From NCBI GenBank assembly GCA_028534125.1, contig CM052816.1, forward strand, positions 82,648,001 to 82,712,000: 64,000 bases of DNA. The letters are read 5' to 3'. The stretch is from Lama glama (lineage: Eukaryota). The notes beneath the pieces are model-generated. The model ran no database searches. It was not told the origin of the DNA and saw only the letters and a program-made list of their open reading frames with translations. This document shows, one piece after another, positions 12,990 to 26,772 of the stretch. Positions within the stretch are counted from its first letter, which is position 1, and every line of letters starts with the position of its first letter. Made by a program: the position numbers and the translations under genes.

Positions 12990-14260
12990 GGACAGATAGT
13001 CACACTACCTCTCCATCAGGAGATCAACCTTGATACAACACTACCATTAAATTACAGATCTTGTTCATATTTCTCCAACTGTTTTTCATTTTTATCCATG
13101 TAGACAATGTTCCTTTTTTCTTTCTGGTCCTGGGTCTAATCCTGGATCATATGTGACACTTGTTAGACATGTCATTGTGTCATTTCAGTCTTCTTTATTG
13201 TGGAACTGTTTCCAGTTTCCTTCTCCTCTTATGATCATGACAGTTTATTGTTCATGAATAAATTGAATTTAATGTTTTCCTCCAATCAAACTTAATCCAT
13301 TTGTTATTTTCAAGAATTCCATAGAACTGATGCTCTGCTAGTCTAAGCTGCATCACATCAGGAGGTGCTTGCTGAGGACTCATCCTGCTAACGGTGATGG
13401 TAACCTTGGTAATTTTGTCAGTTTTGTGTCTTCCAGTTTTTAACTCCAGAAAGACATTTTCCAATTTATAATTGATAAGTATTTCATTGGAAGCCCCTCT
13501 GAATCTAGGCCAATATTCTGCTTCTCCTCAAACTTTTTCTCACCAGCCTACGTATCCATTGGTGATTCCTATGTAAATCAACCACTTCTATGTTTGTTGC
13601 CAAATAATGAATTTTCATTTCCATCATTTCCTCCACAGCTATTAGTTATCTGTCACCATAAGTGGATGCTTTCCTTTCTCATGAAGCTATTTTTTAAAAT
13701 TTTTATCAATATGGATGCGTGGACTCTTGTTTTGATCAATGAATTGTATTCTGTTACTATCATTATTTATTTTGTTATTTAAATTGTTCTAGATTTAGCG
13801 TGTGAGTCCCTTCTGGATGTTGACATATCTCCATCATTTTCTGGCACTTACTACTTGCAAAAGATTTCCCAGGCTCATCTTATTTTCCTCACCCAGCCAT
13901 GGAGTTAACCATTTCTTTCACAAGATGTAGATTCTTTCAATGAAAAATGGGCATTTAGAAGCCAGGGTGTGAGCATTTGTGCTTCTTGCTAGTGAGGTAT
14001 CATTGCTTCTAGATCCTCTTGGCAGAAAGATTTGTGAAATATGTGTATACAAATATGCATGCATATATAAATATTAGCTCATCTATATATTTATTTATAA
14101 TTAAAACCTTAATCAAGTTTTTACACCAGTATTTTCAATTCAAATGCCATACCTCAGAATTTTTTTTTTCCAGTATGCCAACATGCCATCTTTGTGAATC
14201 CTTCTCCAACATGGAAGCACCTGACTGCTATTAACCTCAATTTTTTTTTTTTTACTTGCT
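12990..14260 (-). mobile_element. L1MC-type 3' UTR
   Basis: ctggtcctgggtctaatcctggatcat..., catcacatcaggagg, ccaggctcatcttattttcc...ggagttaaccatttct are typical L1MC4/5 3' UTR motifs. Confidence 0.7.
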
Positions 14261-16914
14261 CAATCCGTTTCCCACCACCTCAGCTACTGGATACTCCATC
14301 ACCTCTGCTCAGCTGCACCTCACTGCTGCCTTCTTAGATGTTAGGTCTGCCTCACCTCTGCACGGCACCTCTGCCACCTCCACTTTTTTTCAGCTGCTGG
14401 GAAGATGGCTGTCTCCACACAGCCTCTTCTTCATCATCAGCCCCTTGGTCTTTGCACCTGCTCATGTCTCAGCTTCCTGTCCTCCTGACTCCATTTTCTC
14501 AGATTTGGGGGTAGCCACTTCCTGTGCAAAGTTGCTCTGTTTTTCTGTGGAGACACTTTTAAAAATTGCACACACATTTTGCATATCCTCACTTATTCAA
14601 TTTACCTATGCTGTTCCCTTTGTTTTGGGAAGTGGAATAATGCCCTGCAGACAGTCAGGCAGCATTTATTCAGAATTACTCATATTGTGTCTGAAATGTA
14701 GTGAATAATCATCAGGAGGATTTTGGTTACTATGTGTTTTTACTGTCTGTGATGTATTGAATCATTTATTGGTTGGTTGGTTGGTTTATTCATTCATTCG
14801 CTCACTCACCCACCCATTCATTTTGACTTAAGAAAATATTTTTTTCTTTTAAATTGGGAGATGACAGGAAAGTGATAGTACAAATTTCTTGAAGAACTTA
14901 ATTTTAGTTTCTTCTGGGCCTATAATCAGAGGAAAAAATATTTTTCTGTCAGACACACACCATAGAAAATCAAATAATCAACTATTTTCTGAGAATATAG
15001 AATATATTCTATTCTTCTCAAAACACTTGGCCCATTCATAAGCAACACATGAAAACCACACTTGTAATGGATCCTCACATTGGAATTACTAGATTCAGAG
15101 AACATAAATGTCTGATATAAAAGAGGAGATTAAAAGTTTGATAATACAGAATTTCAATTGTTTCTTATAACAGTTGTGAATTATTTTTGATAGTATTTTT
15201 CACAGTTATTGGCTTAAATTATGCATATTACTCAATTACTTTAATTTAATTTGTGAAAGATATATTCTTTCTTGATCAGGTTTGTGAAGTGCCTATTAAT
15301 TTTATTAGTTTCTTCAAAGTAAATACTTTATCCTTGTTGATTTTTTTCTATGTACTTTATAATATCTCTGAATCAATGTAACGTGGACTGTTTATGATCT
15401 ATAGTTTAGTGTGATTAGTTTTTCTTCTACATTAGCTGTAATATGTTTGTCAGTCATTTAATATGATTATACCACGTCATATTGAATTAAATTTATATTA
15501 TAAGTCATTTAATTTGTTTATCAAATTGTTTAATGCCAGGCATTCTAAACTTATATATGCATTCATAATATGAAGTCACATATATACAAATGTACCTATC
15601 ATATTTGAAGATTTGAGAAATTAAAAATATGATAATGGTCATATTAGTGGTGAGAATGCATTCTCTAAACAAAAAAAGGAAAAGGATGATATGTAACCTC
15701 CTGAAAACTTTAAAAATTTTAATGCCTCGAAAGTGTATTTTGTTATATAAGTAACAAAGAATATGAATTAATCTATGTACCTTAATACATATATGGAAAT
15801 AAGTGAGTGTGAACATACTGTTTGTAAATTCTGTGCATTAGTGTGTTTGTAATTGATTTATAAATGGATCATTAATTGTAAATGTAATGTCAAACTTATA
15901 GACTATTTTAAAAGAAATCCACATTAATAAAATTAAGTACTAACAGTGACGAAAGAAAACTGCCATCCTGGATTGTTGTTGCAACAAAAAGACCCAAGAA
16001 TAAATTATCAGACAATATGTTGAAAAGAAAATTTAAGCAGTTTTAACTGAATAACCAAGGTATAAAAAGGGTTACCTTGTAGGCTTTCTAGCAGATACTT
16101 TCAAAGTACTTAAAAATAATTCATTTCTTAAATTCAGTAAATATATTTCTAGTATTCACTACTGATTTAGTAAGAGTTTAATCAACATATCTTTACAGTT
16201 AAGGATTAATATCAAATTCTTCAGCCAAGTTATGATGTATTATTAAATTTATTTTTATTATTTATTATTAAATTTCAGAAGATTTAGATATTATAAATTT
16301 ATTGTATTAAGTCTCCTCATCAATTTTGTCTCAATCCAAAGCAAATGTTAAATAATGTGGCATGTCATTGTGTGTTCAGTCACGTCAGGAAGTTTAGAGG
16401 CCCTGTTTTCCCTGTCTTTATTACAGCAATTACCTGTTTTGCTTCATTAAGTTTTTCCTATGTACTTTCTGTGGCAATTGTCTTCTTGGCCTGGAGCTTT
16501 TGAGTCAGTTCATAACCTGAGAGCTCATTAAATCATCTGCCCTAAACTTTACCAACATTGAGAATGTATGCATAACCTAAATTTCTTCAGCATTTTCAGG
16601 GTCAGATTGGTATATACACTGTAATCAACTTACTGTACATATTTTTTGTATTATTAAAACCAAATATGAGAAGAGGTAAAGACGAACATGAATAGAAAAT
16701 TCATTAAAGCAGACAGTTTAACTGTCATTCTGAATTCATTGATAACTTATTTTTTATCTGTAGAGTAATCGGCTTAATTTCTATGTAAAGATAAGGAAAA
16801 CTCTGACATATACAATATATTATATATGTATGTATATGTGCATATATATACTTGTATGTGTATAGCACTATATTCATTATATATTATATATCCTGAAACT
16901 TTTTACAATTTTCT

Positions 16915-17402
16915 AGTGGATACTGTTGTTACCTAGCTCAGATCCTTTGGGCTTTTTCTTTCTCAGTAAACTTTGGCTTGATTTCCAACTGCCAGGGCCT
17001 ACTTTTCTTGGCCTGAGGATTTCTCTGATAGTCAAATCTTCTTTGCTTCCATGTGGCAGATGGGAATGCAGGAGAAATAATAACCCCTGGAAGCAGCAGT
17101 CAACCAACTGGTGGGGGGCAGTCATCACCTCCTGTAACTGAGGTATCAATATCTCAGCTTTCTCACTTACTGGGTGTCCTGATTCTGAAGTATATGTTCT
17201 GTATTTTCCTTCAGGATGAAACTTTGTTATACACAGTTGTAGGTAACTGGCTGGATAACACACCACCCTTGGACGTCTCTCCTTTCTCTTAACTCCCTTA
17301 ACTGCGGCGCTACCCATGTCTCCTGGGATCATCTCTCAAATAAACTACTTGTATTTAAATCTGGTCTCTGGTTCTGTGTTGGGAGTAAACAAAACTAAGA
17401 CA
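16915..17402 (+). mobile_element. LTR16-family (ERVL) solo LTR
   Basis: Ends aaataaactacttgtatttaaatc...aaactaagaca, the LTR16-like 3' terminus with polyA signal. Confidence 0.75.
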
Positions 17403-18680
17403 AATCCATTTATTCAGTTAACAAATATTTATGAATAGCCTACTATGTTAATAAAATAAACAAAAATCCCCTCCTCATGGGGTTTACATTCAAGTGGGGA
17501 GAGGGCAAAAATTAAAAAATGAACATATATAAATATATATATCTATTTTTTTTTGTATGGATTACATCAGACATGGAAGAGTACTACAGAAATATCTAGT
17601 CAGTGAAAGAAGAGACGGAGGGCAATTGGGGTGTGCATTGCAACCTACAACAAACCGTGTGGCAAAGAAGCCTTCATCAAGATGATTATTTGAACAGAGC
17701 CTGGAGGGATGGGAGTTCCTGTCATGGGGGGGAACACGATCTCAGTTCTAAAAGACTTAAAATTATATCTTTATGTGTTTATTTTCTTAAGTGTTTGATT
17801 TCATTTAAAAATATTATGGGAATGTAATATTTTATTAAATGGAATGTAAAAATCCTATATAAGAAGGGAAGAAGAGTCATGAAAATCAAATATATTGCAC
17901 TTTGACAGAGACATTTCAATGCTGGACTGCATCAAATGGCTCTCTCCACATGACTCCCACATTAAATACAACTGTATCAAAATGTCCTGCTCTGAATCAG
18001 ATAATGGCCCTTCCCTTGGGAAACTATTTTAGACATATAGACAAACTAATACAAAAATGTATTATGCTTTAAAAAAGAACTTAGGGTAATAAGGAATTAA
18101 TCTATGAGAGTGCAGATCAAAGAAACTTTTAGAGAAATGCTGGCACATGAATAGCACACTGAAGATCAATCAGACAAACAAGCTAGGACATTCTGGACTC
18201 AGAGAACAATAGGTGCAGTGCTGTGAAATCATGTGGTGAATGCCTTATCTCTGTTAAGAATTGCAAGAGCGCACATTTCAATGATTATGAGATAGAAGAT
18301 GAGGCCAAAGAGACAGGCAAGGGTCAGATCATGAAAGGACCTGGGTGTGTGGTGGAGGGGCTCCTGAATAATTTTGAACAAGACAAATGACATCATTAGG
18401 CTTGCCTTATGAAAGGATTCCTCGGGCGGGCTGCAGTGTAGAATGTCAACTGGACGGAGCAGAGACGAGACTGAAAGCACCCTTAGGAATCGGGACATTT
18501 CAGGCATGTTAGATGCAATGAGGAACAGAAAACAGATTCCGAGGGATGTGTATGAGAAAACCAGCAGGATATGATCATTGGCTGGAGTTGGAGAGTTGAG
18601 TGAGAGAGGGTCACCTGAGTGACAGGGCAGTTGTCTAGCTGGTGCTCCTGGTTGGATGGGGCATTAATCTCAAAAAAGTA
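17403..18680 (-). mobile_element. Fragmented L2
   Basis: catttattcagttaacaaatatttatgaatagcctactatg (L2 3' end) and agggtcagatcatgaaaggacc...aatgacatcattagg (L2 ORF2 region). Confidence 0.6.
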
Positions 18681-19034
18681 ATTGACCTCAGAAATACTTT
18701 ACATTACTTCACAGTAAATTATTAATACAATCTGCCTCTACTTATCTCTCATGTTACTACAGTATTTTATTCCTTGATTAATGGAAATGAAAGACTGAAG
18801 TAAGCTGGATAGTAATATAATTGTTGGTACCTATTAATGAGTCTTCAAAATGAAACATTTCCACTTTCTTTCATTTTATTCTCTGAATGATAAAGTACAT
18901 TCGGGTAGCCAACTGTTACTAACTGCCACAAATAAAATTTTCCTCTGTAAGAGGAACAGAACTAATTTTGATTGTCTGATAAGTGCACTTCGCTAACATC
19001 CACCCCCTGATGAGAACGCTACACAGTGAGATAT

Positions 19035-19270
19035 TATTTTATTTTATTTATTTATTTTTAAAAATATTTTAATTGACGTATAGTCAGTTCACAATGTTGT
19101 CTCAATTTCTGGTGTACAGCACAATGCTTCAGTCATATAGGAGCATACATATATTCGATTTCATATTCTTTTTCACTATAAGTTACTATAAGATATTGAA
19201 TATAGTTCCCTGTGCTGTACAGCATAAATTTATTGTTTATCTATTTTATGTATATTGGCTAGTATCTGCA
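19035..19270 (-). mobile_element. Lineage-specific (camelid-like) L1 3' end
   Basis: (TTTA)n tail, then aattgacgtatagtcagttcacaatgttgt...tagttccctgtgctgtacag. Confidence 0.8.
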
Positions 19271-20897
19271 CTAGTATTAGTATTAGTTAGTATTTTAAAA
19301 GTGAGAAACCAAGAATCACTTGTTTGTTGTTCCATAAGAGACTGGGGAATTTAAACTCTCTGGTCGTTGATGCCAAAGTCCTAGATTTCTCCACAACAGG
19401 AAGGCAAAAGTTCAAAAGTAAATGAACTCTGCTTTTTGTGTATATGATTCTAATTAGATAAAGCATCTGTATTTTGGTTGGATAATAAATTATAATGAGC
19501 CTTTGAAATTTTTAATTTTAGGCAAATCATGATTATTTTAATCAGGAATAGTTGTGATTGAGACTAAGCTCAGGAACTCTGATACTGCCATTGTGCAAAG
19601 ATGAATTATGATTAGATTTAAAGTTGAGTGATCTCTACCAGGGATTTATGTAGTAGCATTTATTTTTTAACTGGCTGCATTTGGTTTTATATTTTGAATC
19701 AGAAAAATTTAGGAATTTTTGCTCAAACAGAAGATGTAGGCATACTACCTTGTCTGCAAAAAAAAAAAAAAAAGATTTAATGAAGTTTGTTTTATAAAGA
19801 AATACAATACAGAAATATATAATACATATATTTCATATGAGGTATGTGAAATTTACCATATGTATATATACATGCACATATATGTGTATATGAATACATA
19901 TATCATTATGTACAAACTGAATGTAAGTTTATTATTTAATTAACTTCATAGTTGCAAGGAGAAAATGACAAGGGCATTCACTAATGTGGCGAGGTGTTTA
20001 CTTATTTGCTCTCAAATTTGTATTGATGAAAACATAATAAGATGCCAATTATATATAAATAAAATTCCACAGACTCAAAGTTCCCTTTAATATGTGCATA
20101 ATAATACTTTAAGAAAAGAAAGACATTTTTAATCAATGATGTCAGATGTTCTTTTAATACTGACTGATGAATTTCAACACTATTAAGAGGTCAATGTTGA
20201 GTTTAAAACTTTTTACAAAGTGTTTAACTATTATATAGGAAAAAAAGCCAAACATTTAAGAATCAGAGCAAATATTTTAGTTGAGGACACAAAGGCTTCT
20301 TAAAACAGACCATTTTCAAAACCACTTACTTAATCAATAAGTGCTGCATATGGGAATTTTTGTTCCAGTGTATTGATCACTCAAGCAAATACAGGGTTAC
20401 AGCAGGAGTGGGATTTAGAAGAGAGCTGGAAACTGGATCCTTTGTATTTTCCATCCACAGTTCTTAGACATCCTCCAGGGCTTCACAAAATACAGCCCTC
20501 TGAGTCCTTGTGTGAAGCAGAAAATGTGATAGTGCTTCTTCTCTTTTAAAAACCTTTAATAATTTTTCATTGTTTTCTAATCTCAAGTCCCAAAATGTCC
20601 TTAAAATTTCCAGCGTGATCGCCAGTTCATTTTACCTTCCTCTTCACCTCTTTCTCTTGGTCTCACTTTTTTTTTTTTTTTAGCTACTTTGGTTTTTATG
20701 GGGTCCTCAAGACCCACACACTCTTGTCCATTTTGGAACTGTCTGTACTTTAACTACGTCAAACTTTAACTACTCTTTTAAGTCTTAACTTGAGCATTAT
20801 TTGCTCTCAAGAAATCCACTCTAAACCCACAGTTTAGGCTAGTCTTTTATTACATAGTCTCACCGTCCAAGATAACTCTCCTAAAGAGCACTTTGCA

Positions 20898-20942
20898 CAA
20901 TGGAATTATTGTGCAATGGAATTATTGTGCAATGGAATTATT
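20898..20942 (+). repeat. 16-bp tandem repeat, about 2.8 copies
   Basis: caatggaattattgtg x2 plus caatggaattatt, perfect identity. Confidence 0.95.
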
Positions 20943-20982
20943 TTAAAGTAATTGTTTAATGACTATTTTTCTCTTTTGACAT

Positions 20983-21483
20983 TGTTGACTGAAATAAATG
21001 CACAACCTAAATGTTCAGAGTTATGTTTTACTCAGTGGACAAATTTGAGGACTCGAGCCGGAATGACGGCCTCTCAGATCGCTCTGAGAAACTGCTCCGA
21101 AGAGGTAGGGGAGGAGCTAAGATGTGTAGGAGCTTTACAACAAAGACCAGGTAGTGGGAACATTAAAAAATAACTTGTTAACTGAAGAAAACTAGGTATC
21201 TCAAGTTAAAGAATTTAACGCGCTTCTACGTATGGGAGGGAGTAAACATTTGGGCTCATCAAATTCATTTCTTTGACAAGCACCTAGCTATCTAGGGTCA
21301 GTATCCTGTCCTCTCTTATTCTGAGTCCGCTCAGGGTGCACCACTGTGAGTGGCTGCAGAGGCTGGGCTGCAGGCGCTGGGCTGCAGGCCGATCTTCACT
21401 AGGGAATGGGGGCAGCAGCTGATGACTTGATGGCTTTAGCATTCTTTGTTTACTGATACGGTTTGCAGTATTTTTTGTTCACA
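20983..21483 (-). mobile_element. ERV1-class solo LTR (MER41-like), 501 bp
   Basis: TG...CA termini; perfect 4-bp TSD ACAT (20979-20982, 21484-21487); many retained CpGs; inserted in an L2 3' end. Confidence 0.85.
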
Positions 21484-21819
21484 ACATCTGAATCCCTTGA
21501 GGCACAAAGGCTGTGGTAAATAGCTTTGTATGCCCAGAGCCTGACATTTGGTAGAAACAGAGAAGATGGTTGTAGATTAACTGCCCTGTGACAGTGCTTT
21601 CCTATAAAAAGTCTTTTAATATTTTAAGCTATCCTTAAGTGTCCTGGGAGGCTTATTTTATGTAGATAAGCTCGTTAAAGAAACAACAGAGAAACATTGC
21701 TCTTTTGACATGTGTATGAGGCCCTCTGCCATTTTGGTTCTTTCTTCACCTATTTGTTAATGATTATTTTAAAAAATGGTATGGAAGTAGGCTAATGTGC
21801 TTACATTTACAAAGACAAG

Positions 21820-22029
21820 TAGTTCTTCACCAGGGTGATTTAGCTCCTTAGGGGACATCTGGCAATATCTGGAGAGATTTTTTGTTGTCACAGGGTGGAG
21901 GGGTCGGGTAGGTACTGGGATCTAGGGGAGAGAGAGATGCAGCTAAAATCCTACAATGCATTGTGAAGGCAATCAAAGCAAGGAATTAGCCAGCCCAAAT
22001 ATCAATAGTGCCAAAGTTGAGAAACCCTG
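21820..22029 (+). mobile_element. MER20 (hAT-Charlie MITE)
   Basis: ggggacatctggcaatatctggagagattttt...cagcccaaatatcaatagtgccaaagttgagaaaccctg. Confidence 0.9.
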
Positions 22030-22759
22030 ATAGAGAATGGACTCTAAATTATTATGTCCTAGGTAAATATAATTACTATAGTATAGCATGAGAGTATGTT
22101 ACTTTAGTTAATTAATTTATTTTTGGCCCTTATATATACATGAACAGCAGTCTTGCTTCATAATGTGTAACTGGTTTCTTTAGAATCTGATACAAATATT
22201 TTCCCATACTAATCACAATATCTAGGACATTACTGGCATTCAATAAATCGTTGTTTAACTGAATTTTATTTAGCTCACCATTCCAGCTTGTCAAGATCAT
22301 TTTGTGCCCAAGACTTGATGTCTAAATTATGTCTAACTTCCTAATTACATGCCAAGCAAAGTTGAACAGTATGTTATCTACACCACTGATAGAAATAGTG
22401 AACAGAAGACCATACACCAAGATGGAATTCTGGAGATTCCATTTTGAATATAAGCATTTTTAAAATTACCATTTCCTCATAGTGGTGTACTTGCTCCTTT
22501 GACACCTGCTTTGTGTAAGTCTGGCACTCACTGATGAAAAAATATGAATATGCTTTCAAGAAGATGCCATATACAAGAAAGGAATATGAAAAGATGAGTA
22601 ATATTTTAGAGTAATTATGAAAAAATGGGTTAATATTTTAAAGGTACTGAGTTATTCATACAGATTGCTAAAAGTGCATTGTGTCCTCTATAGGTAAATG
22701 ACAAAGATCAAGAAAAAATTATACAAGAAACATTATTTTTAAATATTAGTCATTCAAAA

Positions 22760-22912
22760 AGTAATAATCAACAATATTGAACACTATTTTTCAGGCACTG
22801 GGCTAAGTGATATACATGCACTTTTTGACTCACTCTGAGGTATGTATTATTTTTATGTACATTTGATGGGCTCATCAAGGTTAAGTAATTTTGTCAAAGT
22901 CCCTTAGCTATA
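22760..22912 (-). mobile_element. MIR fragment
   Basis: attgaacactattttt caggcactgggctaag...aaggttaagtaattttgtcaaagtc. Confidence 0.65.
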
Positions 22913-23661
22913 AAGGGATATAAGGAAATGTATTTAAATATACTTGTAGTTAAACACTTGCAAATTAAGCAACTATATGATAGATTTTACATTTCAGATT
23001 AGGGAAGATTAAAAATATAATTATTCAATGCTGTAAATCTTGGAGTAAAATATATACACACACACTAGTGGAGGTGAAGTCTTTAACTCAATGGAAATCA
23101 AGTTGACAGTGTTCTCAAGCATCATAAAAATATATTTATGCTTTAACCTACAATTCTACATATAATTTCTTATGCAAAATAAATTTTATAATCATTATTT
23201 ATAGAGACAAATTTATTTATATGTAACATTATTATTTAGAATGATAAGAAAGTTAATTAAATATCTGAAATCAATTTAAATAAATTAGACAATGGCCAAT
23301 TGACGAAACATTATGAACATTATTAGGTACTATTTTAATTTTAAAGATTATATAACAATCTAGAAACACTTGATTGATAAAATTTTAAGCAAAGTAAACT
23401 GACTGTCAGTTTATCAAAGTATGCCTGCCTATGACAAAAATCTAGAAAGGGATATGTGAGAAATAAAAATAGCTCTGTAATGTCGTAGCAGTGTAACTGA
23501 ACCAATGGAAACAGAGCTAATACCGTAAATATATGCTCTCCAAGTCTATGAGTACCAAAAATAAACTAATTAAAGTAACGCATTTCTGGCTGTATTATAG
23601 AATCTATCATCTACCCAGAATAGAATAATTTAGTCACGCCTCCCCCCCATAGTCCCCATAT

Positions 23662-23832
23662 CAGCAGTTCTCAGTCTCTGAACTACTGATAGTTTGGAGT
23701 GGATAATTCATTGTTGTGGGGAACCTCCCCGTGTATTGTAAGGTGTTTAGAAGCAACTCTGGCCTCTATACCAATTAGATGCCATTATATCTCTCCCTCA
23801 ACCCCTAGGCCCCCTTTTTGACAACCAAGAAG
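23662..23832 (-). mobile_element. MER20, partial
   Basis: cagcagttctcagtctc...ggataattcattgttgtgggg...ctggcctctatacca. Confidence 0.8.
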
Positions 23833-23861
23833 ATGTGAACTGTAATTTTGTTAGAAGACTG

Positions 23862-24360
23862 CTTGGATGATTGGTTACAAAAATTTCTCTGTATGTATCA
23901 ATGCATGTGTAATATGACTTTATAACTCCTCTCAAGGGGACTCTATTTTCCTAACCGGTTAAACTGGTCTGGCTTTGTGATTGACTTTGGCTAGTATAAT
24001 GAGCTAGTAATAATGGGTCCCAGTTCCAAGCCCAGGCCTTGTGAGGCCATACACTCTTCCAGTTGCTTTTTCTGCACCCCTGCCTCTAAGCTGAAAAAAC
24101 CCAAACTAGGGGATTAGAGGAAGACAGAGAAGAAGCTGAGGTTCCATATATATCTGAGAGACCCCAGGCAAAATAGCAAAAGAGAACTCACAGGTAACCC
24201 ACAGCAACCGCAAATGCACCTGGGATCCTACTCTTGAGCAGAACGTCCATGTGGAGCTTAGTCTAAATTCCCAAACCACTGAATTGTCAGCCAAATACAA
24301 AGTTGTTTTAAGTAACTAAATATTTGTGTGCTTTGTTATGCAGCAATAGGTAACCAATAT
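23862..24360 (+). mobile_element. MLT1-family solo LTR
   Basis: ccagttccaagcccaggcctt; ends ttgttttaagtaactaa...tttgttatgcagcaataggtaaccaata. Confidence 0.75.
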
Positions 24361-25179
24361 ATTTTGTGATAACACTTAAATAGTACAGCTTCTGGAAAAT
24401 TTGTGTTAATGCCAAACTTCTGCAAAATGAACTTCTATAGCCTAACAGTTTACCTTTCTCCCCAGGACTGCTCACTTATACTTCCAGTTGAAATATACCT
24501 GAGTGTTCTACAGGATGTTTAATTTCCGATCTAGTAGTAGAGACCATCACATCTTGTGGATTTTGACTACATAAATAGCTAGATTTTTACTTTAAGAAAT
24601 AATTTTTTTTTACTAGATTAGAACCAATTAGGCTTATTCAATTTATTTCACACTTTTTTCAATTAATTTGTGTTTTATGGAAGTAATGAAGTTGCAAGGG
24701 AAAACAACCTATTACTTTAAAATATAAATATTTACAAGAAGTAGGTTGAAACTGCTGGGATATTTTGTGAAAATAATTAGGTTTGCAGATTAATGAAGTA
24801 AAAATTATTATAATTATATTTTAGCAGTGGGACGCTGTGATGCTAAGATTGTACTGAAATCCTTATGTTGTGTAAACTTCCCACTTTTTCTTAGCAACAG
24901 GTATGATAAGTATTCTAATAATTTCTTTAAAATTTCTCATTTCACATTGTAGAGCTAACAATAATTTAATATGAGATCTTATTTTATTCTATTTTGGCAA
25001 CTGGTGCTAGGTTTTATTTAAATTTTTTTGAGGACATATTAAGCAACCTTGTAGATATGGAGATATGGTAATAGTTCTAGATTTTGAATCAGAACATTTA
25101 GGTTGCAGTTAAAACTTTTCCTACCGAATATTTCAAATTTCTAAATGTCTTGCAGTTTCCTTATCTGAAATGTAGACAT

Positions 25180-25695
25180 TGTGATCAAATAATTGCAAAA
25201 GTAGCCCCAATTCTTCCCTTTAGCCTATATATAGTCCTTGAATGTGACTTTATTGCTCCTTCTATCAAGAAGTAGAGTTTATACTCCCACTCCTAATCTG
25301 AACTGACCTATAACTTACTTTGGCCCTTAGAATGTGGCAGAGGAAACGGTGTGCCAGTTCTGATAGTAGACCTTGAAACATGGTGTCTTTTCTCTCTGTC
25401 CTGGACTTCTGCCTCCATATGAAAACTAGTCTGACGAAGCCACTAGAAGAGGGGAGACCACATGAGAAGAGCCACTGAATCACCTGTGTGAGGCCAGGCT
25501 AGACTAGCCAGACCCCATCTCACTTTCTAACTGATTGCAGATACCTGAACAAATCCAGCTGAGATCAGCCTTACTCAGAGCAGATAAGCAGAACTCACCT
25601 ACCTGACCAGTAGTCTCATGGACAATCATGAATCCTCACTTTTTAAGGCACTATATTTTTGGATTGGTTTGTTAGACAGCAAAGACAAATTGTAT
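25180..25695 (+). mobile_element. MLT1-family solo LTR inserted in a MIR
   Basis: tgactttattgctccttctatcaagaagtagag...gtgccagttc; ends ttggtttgttagacagcaaaga. MIR-like sequence flanks both sides. Confidence 0.75.
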
Positions 25696-25910
25696 TATAT
25701 AAAATAATTACCACAGTTTTTATACCTCATATTGTGAGGCATAAGTGGCATTATTTATATGCATAAAAAGCACATATGTTTGGTGAATATATAATAGCCA
25801 ATATAATTTTATAAAATAATGTCATAAATCATTTTATAAATTAATTGTATTGCATTTTCTAAATAAACAAATTCAATAAATTATTTTATACATATGGTAC
25901 ATTTTTAGTT

Positions 25911-26040
25911 ACTTTTTGTTTTTGTTTTGGGGGGAGGTAATTAGATTTATTTATTTATTTTAATGGAGATACTAGGGATTGAAACCAGGACCTCATGCAT
26001 GCTAAGCATACATTCTGTCACTGGGCTATACCCTCCCCCA
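25911..26040 (-). mobile_element. tRNA-derived SINE, camelid Vic-1 type
   Basis: Reverse complement has ggg head, A/B-box-like motifs and aaataaatctaattacctccccccc tail; perfect 21-bp TSD acatatggtacatttttagtt at 25890-25910 and 26041-26061. Confidence 0.92.
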
Positions 26041-26772
26041 ACATATGGTACATTTTTAGTTTATCTGAATCTTAATTTTACTGATTACCTGAAGTTAACC
26101 ATAAATGGAAATGTTAAAATTTATTCTGATGTGCTTAAAAATATTGTTTCCAAAATTGTTTTCCATTTGAGAAAACACTATTGTTATCAAGTTATTTTAA
26201 AATAGAAAAATCCATTGAAAAGCGCTTTTTAAAAACTTCAAAAAAATCCAATTGATGGGTAATAAGTGTACAGACATTTCTTGTTTAAATTGGAAGCAAA
26301 GACAAGTTAAAGAAAACAAACCAACTGTCCAGATTTCAGAGCATTTCAAGGTTTCTTTTTTAAAAATAATCAGATGTATAAATATTTATTTACTTAAGAC
26401 ACTACTTAAAAATAAAAATAGAGGAAAATCATAGATCCTCAATAATGAATTTGAAAGTCATTCTTGTTAATTGAATGGAATAATCGTGAACAGTTTAGGC
26501 CACTGCTAAATGACAGCATATTCTCTGTAATGGGACATGTTTACTCTGTTCTGATATTGATAGGTATTACTGTAATTTTCTCCCCCGAAAGGGCACATAT
26601 GGGAAAATAACAGTTACTGTGAGTTTATTGATTTGGCTCAGGAATTGTCTTATTAGTACTGACTGCTGCTAGAAAAAGCAGACAATAATTGTTCCAAATT
26701 TCTGCTGAAATCCTGTGCTAGCCTGGTGTTCCTGTTAACTTTTGCAAGTGCTATATTTATCAGGGGCTTCCA

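Noticed and set aside
14256..14708. 150-aa Ser/Thr-rich ORF
   Set aside because: Non-ATG start in CT-rich low-complexity sequence adjoining an L1MC fragment; no recognisable homology.
16913..17332. 139-aa minus-strand ORF
   Set aside because: Lies entirely within an LTR16-like solo LTR.
20898..20942. Short direct repeats resembling a CRISPR array
   Set aside because: No spacers, no cas genes, mammalian context.
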